A stretch of DNA of 55,391 bases, the filler included, from Basidioascus undulatus (lineage: Eukaryota), in assembly GCA_000826855.1 (NCBI GenBank). It is 4 parts of 4 records of this genome, joined end to end, with 100 filler letters (N's around TTAATTAATTAA, not from the genome) between each part and the next. Parts side by side here need not be neighbours in the genome. Positions count along the whole stretch, not along the records: positions 41,662 to 55,391 come from JTLS01000789.1; 3 more parts are not named here. One strand, written 5' to 3'. The notes under the pieces are model-generated. The model was not told where the DNA came from. It made no database searches and worked only from the letters and a program-made list of their open reading frames with translations. The translations under genes and the position numbers were made by a program. Every line of letters begins with the position of its first letter. Position 1 is the stretch's first letter. Positions 50,264-55,391 of the stretch are shown in pieces.

Positions 50264-53165
50264 CTATTGGACCTTGACAGCATCGCTGCCCTCCTTCTCT
50301 TCCTCCTCTATCACGCCCTCCACATCCTCCCTCTCCGTGAACGTTCCATAAACATCCTCGTCGTCCACCTCTCCGCGACCTAGAGGTGGCCAGATCCAAT
50401 TCATGGCCAGGTATACCACTGATGCAATCGAAAATCCTGTTGGTCGACCGCCGGTGAGTAACGAGTCATCGGCTACAGGAATAAAATCACTTTACCAACT
50501 ACGTAGCTGATATAGTTGACACGCATCCAGCCTTGCGTCACTGTTACTCGTCCGCCGGACACTGCTGCTGCAAAACCGGGCATGGAGGGAAAGACGCCCT
50601 GTCGTTCGAGATCAGCCGCGCACCGTCAGCGACTACGAGTCTTGCATTTCACTGATAAAGGTTAACGTACGATTACCCAGGCAACCGGTGCTCGCCAGTT
50701 GATACCGTGCCAGTAGAAATAGTGGGAGGAAGCGTCGGCGAGGTAGAGGTGCGTGAGCTTGACGCGCCGACATCGAACCATTTGATAGTCCATACTGCAT
50801 ATACGGTCAAAGTCAGCTGTCCAACCAGAGACTTATCAGCATCTGCGTAAGCGCACATCATAATTCCCGTGAGAGGAGACAAAATGGTCGCATAGGATCC
50901 CAAAACGGAGATACTGCGAAAGAATAGCGAGTCAGCCTTGTCATGACGCCAATGGGACCCAGGCGTGCATGACATACAAGGTGTTAGCAGTCTGACGATG
51001 GAAGGCTGGTTCAGCCTCGGGGCGCCGAGTACAGGCCAGGCAGCTGAACACGCACGTAGAGCAGCTCCCACGGGTTGATGCACAGTCCAATCAACGCGAT
51101 GAGGTACGATCCGCGGCGGACGTCGATGTATTTCGGAAGTAAGCCTGAGAGATCGATGCCGCCTATAATTGCATTTCCGGATATCTGCGGAGATGCGTTG
51201 AGCAGAGCAAAAGAGGGATGCAATGGACGAGGCGCCGCTGTGAAGCTCGTACATTCAAGGTGAACTGCACGAGGAAGAAGGAGAATGCTGCGAACTGCAA
51301 CGGAGGGGAGCGTCAGCCAATGAAGGCATGAAGTGGGAAGAAGCAGAGAACGAAATTGGACACGCACAAAGACGGCTGCTCGTGCGCCAGACGTTCCCTC
51401 GTTGCGCTGGATGGCGGCGAGGAGATCGTAGGGACGCCTAGTGGAGGACATAATCAGAATCGCCCACGCGCGTTTAACCACAATGTGTGCAGCTCACCAA
51501 AGCAGCTTCTCATGCGGGTAAAACACCGTCGCGCACGACGTCGTGACCGTCCCGAACACCGAGCCCACGACGAGACATACGGGCCTGTCACCGCCTTCCC
51601 CATCATCAGCCGTCCTCCCCACCCCTCACCCGCCCAGAAAGGAGCCCGCGCAACGCACATGACGAACACCTGCCCCCAGACCTGGTCGTGCGGCCTCATA
51701 GAGAAGCGCGACCAGTCGTTCTGGTACAGGATCGCGCCCGCCCAGCTGCCGATCGTGCTCGTGATGCAGCGGAGCATGACCCAGCCCAGCTCGGACCCGC
51801 GCTTTGGGGACACGCCGTACACGTCGGGCGCACTGTGAATCAGCTTGCCGGGGCCGTGCGCTTTGGCGAGCGCCCCTGGGAAGGAGGCTCGTTAGTGTCA
51901 GTCGGGGGAGGATGGGGTGGAGGCGGAGGGTAGGATGAACAAATCACTGTTAGGGGGATATGAGATTAGATATTGGGGATGTTAATGAAAACAGAGACTT
52001 TACGCACTGATCGCGAAAACAGTCACCGTCATGCACACCGACGCAAACAGCGCGGGGTACTTGTATCTACCCATCTCACCTCCAACAAGATCAGCCATCT
52101 CCCCTCGGACCCCCTAGCCCACACCGAGATACCGTTCCGGCTTAATCGCAATCAGGGGCAGGCTGATCAACCAAAACAAGAAGAACGACACTGTGTAACC
52201 CCTCGGCTCAGTCCAGCAGCCTTCCAGGTCAAGGAAAGAGACGAGAAAGCGCACGGAAGTCGGAGCTCGTCATGTGCGCGCTGTCTGGGAGGGTGTTCCA
52301 GTTGTAGTAGGACGGCCCTGTCACACCCCATGGTGAGCGTTGGAAACCCCTTCAAGATGCGGCTTGGAGCGACATACAGATCGCACCGATCATCACCTTC
52401 AGACACGCCCCGCCGTACCACGCCTGGACGCCATCTGCCCCATCCTCTCCCTATCAGCTGGCTGAAAGGTCTTGGCAAGAGCTCAACGAGAAAACGCACA
52501 CCACACGCAAGACAAGATGATCCGGTTCGCGAGGGGGAACCATGTCCCGCGGATGCCCCACGCGGTGCCTTTCCAATCCACATCAGCATCAGCCCTTCCC
52601 ATTTTGTTTGGGGGGCGGGTGGGGGGGAAGGGAGAAAGAGACTCACGGTTCAGCACCGCAAAAGGCACATGCCACTTGGCCCCGCCCATCCCATTCGCGA
52701 CGAGGCACAAGCAGATGATGCTCGAGCCGATTAGGTCCACTGTTCTCATTCCACCCCATAATCAGCCTTCTATCCCTTTGTCGATACTTGTATCTGCGAG
52801 AGCGCACCTAAACAGGCTTGCCAGACGTTCAAACCCAGTGCGAGCCCGGCGGCGGCGGAGGCCCAGCCTGGAGGTGGAACTTCATCAGCAGAGGTTCATC
52901 TTTGCTTCTCCAGCATACACACCTCCCACGTTGACGGAGGTTCCCAGCCAGAACCACACGAACGTCCGTGCGCTCCACGTCCTTCGGCTCGGCGGGAGGG
53001 GGAGGATGTCATGGTTGATCTATTTTCACCCCACACACCCAGCACAGCACATCGATAAGCTTTTTCTCGCTCGAGAGAGAAGGCGGTAAGGGGAACAGAA
53101 TGGACATAGGACGTCGCCTCCCCCGGAACGCGCAGCTTCGCGAGGAGCCTCGACGCGGCGGACAT
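50264..53165 (-). CDS. NCS1-family nucleobase:cation symporter (Fur4/Dal4-like permease), many introns
   Basis: INHDILPLPPSRRTWSARTFVWFW, LALGLNVWQA, GAKWHVPFAVLNR|..WGIRG, YQNDWSRFS, GNAIIGGIDLSGLLPKYIDVRRG, CINPW, LSPLTGIMI.DY, YFYWHGINWRAPVAW, PSMPGF; TAG at 50266-50264. Confidence 0.92.
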
Positions 53166-53775
53166 GCTGTCCGGAGCGAGGTGAGGGGTGCGATCAAGGA
53201 GGGCCCGCTTAGGGGAATCGAAGTGGTATCAGTTAGTCCGTCTATAAGTCCGGCTACACGAGAAACCGAGCGAGCGAGCAAGAAAGAGAGAGAGAAAAGC
53301 GAGAAGACGACGGGCAGAGGCAAAAAGCGAAAGCGCGACGCATCGCGGCGAAACGCGAGTGGCGACGCCAGTGCTGCCCCAACAGACTTGTCACAGTACT
53401 GGCAAGTGACTGGGGCTCGGCGCTGTGACTCGGCAGCACAAACCAACGTGTTTTCTTAGGTTGTGGAGGGTCGGATCGAGAAATAATCAACCTGCCAAGA
53501 GCGCCTCCTTCGGAGCGCTGCACCGAAGCTTCGACCGAATCGATCCGAAGCAGAGCTGAGGATGGGTGGGGTCTGGAGCTGGCTTTCGATGCATACAATG
53601 TGGCAAACGAAACGGAATGGACAAGAATGGATTGGAAAGGAAGCGAGCAAGCAGGGAGCTGAGAGCACAACGACGACCATGCGATGCAATGCGGTGGACG
53701 ACAACCCATCTATCCCTCCCCCTCCTCAATGTTACGTCTCTCCCCACCGATCCTGTCCCCAACGCTGCTCCCGCC

Positions 53776-54947
53776 TCACATGAACTGCCGCGCGTCCCAC
53801 CATACTCAGCGTCCCCGTTCCAGCTCCTCCTCAAAAAAGGGCATCCACTCCACTCACATCCAAGTCGTCCCCATCATCCAGCGCCTCCTCATAAGCAGTC
53901 GTATCGTAAATGCTCGCGCTCTTCCCACCCCCAAGCGTAGGCTTCGCGTGCTTCTTCCCCTTGGCATTAGCAGCTTTGGCCGCCCGCGCCTTCTCGTTCG
54001 CGAGCGCGGTCAGCCGCGCCGCGAGCGCCTTGATCTCGCTCTCCTTCAGGGTCGAGGCCAGGTTGTACGCGTGGTGCGTCACGAACTGCGCGTAGAGCGG
54101 GGCGGTCGCGTGGGGGGCGATGAGCGAGGATTGGATGGAGGAGGAGTGCGACTGGAATTCGGGTAGCGTTTTGGGGCGCGCGCGGGAGAGGGCGACGAGG
54201 TCGGAGGGGACGTCTGCGGGTGGGAGGGTTAGTGTGTGGAGCGGAGGGTGGAGGGGAAGAAAGAAGGTGTGGGGAAGTGGGAAGAGGGAGAAGGGGAAAG
54301 GAACGGGGAGGGAAAGAGCGGTGGGAGGAAGAGGGGCGAGTAGGAGGAAGGGGAACGAGAAACGCACCACCACCCGAAACGCTCGCCTGCCCAAACAGGT
54401 CCGTCGCATTCTTCATGTCCGCCTCAACCTCCTTCTTCTTCGCGATCTCGCGCTCGTTGCGCTTCTGCTCGGCCCAGTCAAGCGCGTCGCCGTCGTCGAT
54501 CTCCTGCCCGGCCGCCAGGCGCGCCGCGCGCTCGGCCTCCTTCTGCGCGAGCTTCGCCTTCAGCGTGCCCTTCTTCTTCGGGGGCGCCACGGGCGGCTTG
54601 GGGGCGGCGGTGGTGGCAGCGGCGTGAGCGGGGGACTCGTCCGCGGAGGAGGCGTCCCAGTCATCCTAGGGAGAAGGCGGTGGGGTTCAGCTCGGTGTCT
54701 CGGAGACAAGTTTGCAAGATGGGGAGAGAAAGAACGCACCGCCACATCGTCCTCCGCATCCTCGTCGTCCCACTTGCCCTTCTTTACCGGCGCAGCAGCC
54801 TTCGGTGGCGCCGCAGCGGGGGGCGCGGCGGGCTTCGCGGTGGTGGTCGCGGGGGTGTCCGAATCGGAGGCGTCTGTTGGTGTCCTCTCCTATCAGCCTA
54901 CGCCTTGGCTGCAAAAGTAGCCGGGAGAGCGCACCCCAGTCGTCCAT
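53776..54947 (-). CDS. HCR1: Translation initiation factor eIF3 subunit J
   Basis: MDDW|DAS...KWDDEDAEDDVA|DDWDASS..., KKKGTLKAKLAQKE, EVEADMKNATDLFG, PKTLPEF, LYAQFV, LTALANEK..KKHAKPTL, YDTTAYEEALDDGDDLD|FM*. Confidence 0.9.
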
Positions 54948-55164
54948 GGTGTCTGAAGTGTGAAGTGTCCAAGTGTGTGGATGAGGAAGACAAGGCGCAG
55001 TGGCTCATGATTTCTCGCAAGCTGGGGCGCTTTCGGCTAGGCGGAAATTTGGAAAGCCGATACGCGGCCCAGGCGCTCGTGCGAGCTCATCGATCCCAGC
55101 TTCCCTTTGCCCTCGACCATCCATCTCCCAATATTTGCTTTTATTTTTGGGTGGCAAACGGACG

Positions 55165-55380
55165 ATGTCAGGTGTGGCGGGATACCTCTCCTCGTTCATC
55201 TGGTCCAAGGACGCCGCGTCCGGTACGGGGGCAGGAGCGGGGGCGGAGAACGAGAAGGCAGCGTCGACCACTGTCTCCTCCGCCTCCCCGTCCATGCCAG
55301 GCGCTTTCGACACCTCCCCCACCCCACCCATGGACCGCTCTCGCTTCAAGTCCCACAGAACCGGCCCTAAGCAACCCTGA
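55165..55380 (+). CDS. Possible 5' end of an unidentified gene divergent from eIF3j
   Basis: MSGVAGYLSSFIWSKDAASG...SPSMPGAFDTSPTPPMDRSRF...; ATG about 220 nt from the eIF3j ATG; TGA at 55378-55380 close to the contig end. Confidence 0.4.
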   Translation: MSGVAGYLSSFIWSKDAASGTGAGAGAENEKAASTTVSSASPSMPGAFDTSPTPPMDRSRFKSHRTGPKQP

Positions 55381-55391
55381 ATAGCAAAAGG

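Noticed and set aside
50264..53500. TPP riboswitch in the transporter gene or its leader
   Set aside because: I found no CTGAGA...AACTTGAT/AACCTGAT...TAAT aptamer core on the sense strand; partial matches fall in coding exons. An Rfam RF00059 scan would be decisive.
54215..54365. G-rich purine tract as a special element
   Set aside because: It is the complement of a pyrimidine-rich eIF3j intron; ordinary low complexity.

Overview
Intron-rich, GC-rich fungal genomic DNA. The GTGCGT/GTACGT/GTGAGT donors, CTGAC/CTAAC branch points and 45-100 nt introns suggest a basidiomycete, possibly a Pucciniomycotina yeast (inference). The window is not one locus. It is four contigs (1-13803, 13904-27690, 27791-41561, 41662-55391; 13803/13787/13771/13730 bp, descending size) joined by identical 100-nt N44-TTAATTAATTAA-N44 linkers, and one contig end carries Illumina adapter. 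Contig 1: epsin 3' end, a frameshifted USP-domain gene, mitochondrial EF-G, a single-pass surface protein, an F-box relic, an orphan gene and the MAK21/NOC1 3' end. Contig 2: SNZ1/PDX1, a gelsolin/severin-like gene, a divergent 6-phosphogluconate dehydrogenase-like gene, an F-box pseudogene and partial YME2. Contig 3: a partial Sec7-domain gene, an 83-aa stand-alone RNase H1 hybrid-binding-domain gene, an alpha/beta hydrolase, two F-box/LRR-like relics and RPN7. Contig 4: PMA1, an NCS1 permease and eIF3j. Best leads: (1) the 6PGDH-fold enzyme keeps its catalytic Lys/Glu but has lost the NADP 2'-phosphate motif and three substrate-phosphate ligands; (2) the catalysis-free hybrid-binding microprotein; (3) an in-frame TAG with tandem 3' splice sites at the PMA1 regulatory tail; (4) repeated F-box/LRR pseudogenes; (5) obligatory 4-5 nt micro-exons. 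All gene models were spliced by eye and family assignments rest on remembered motifs; no database search was run.
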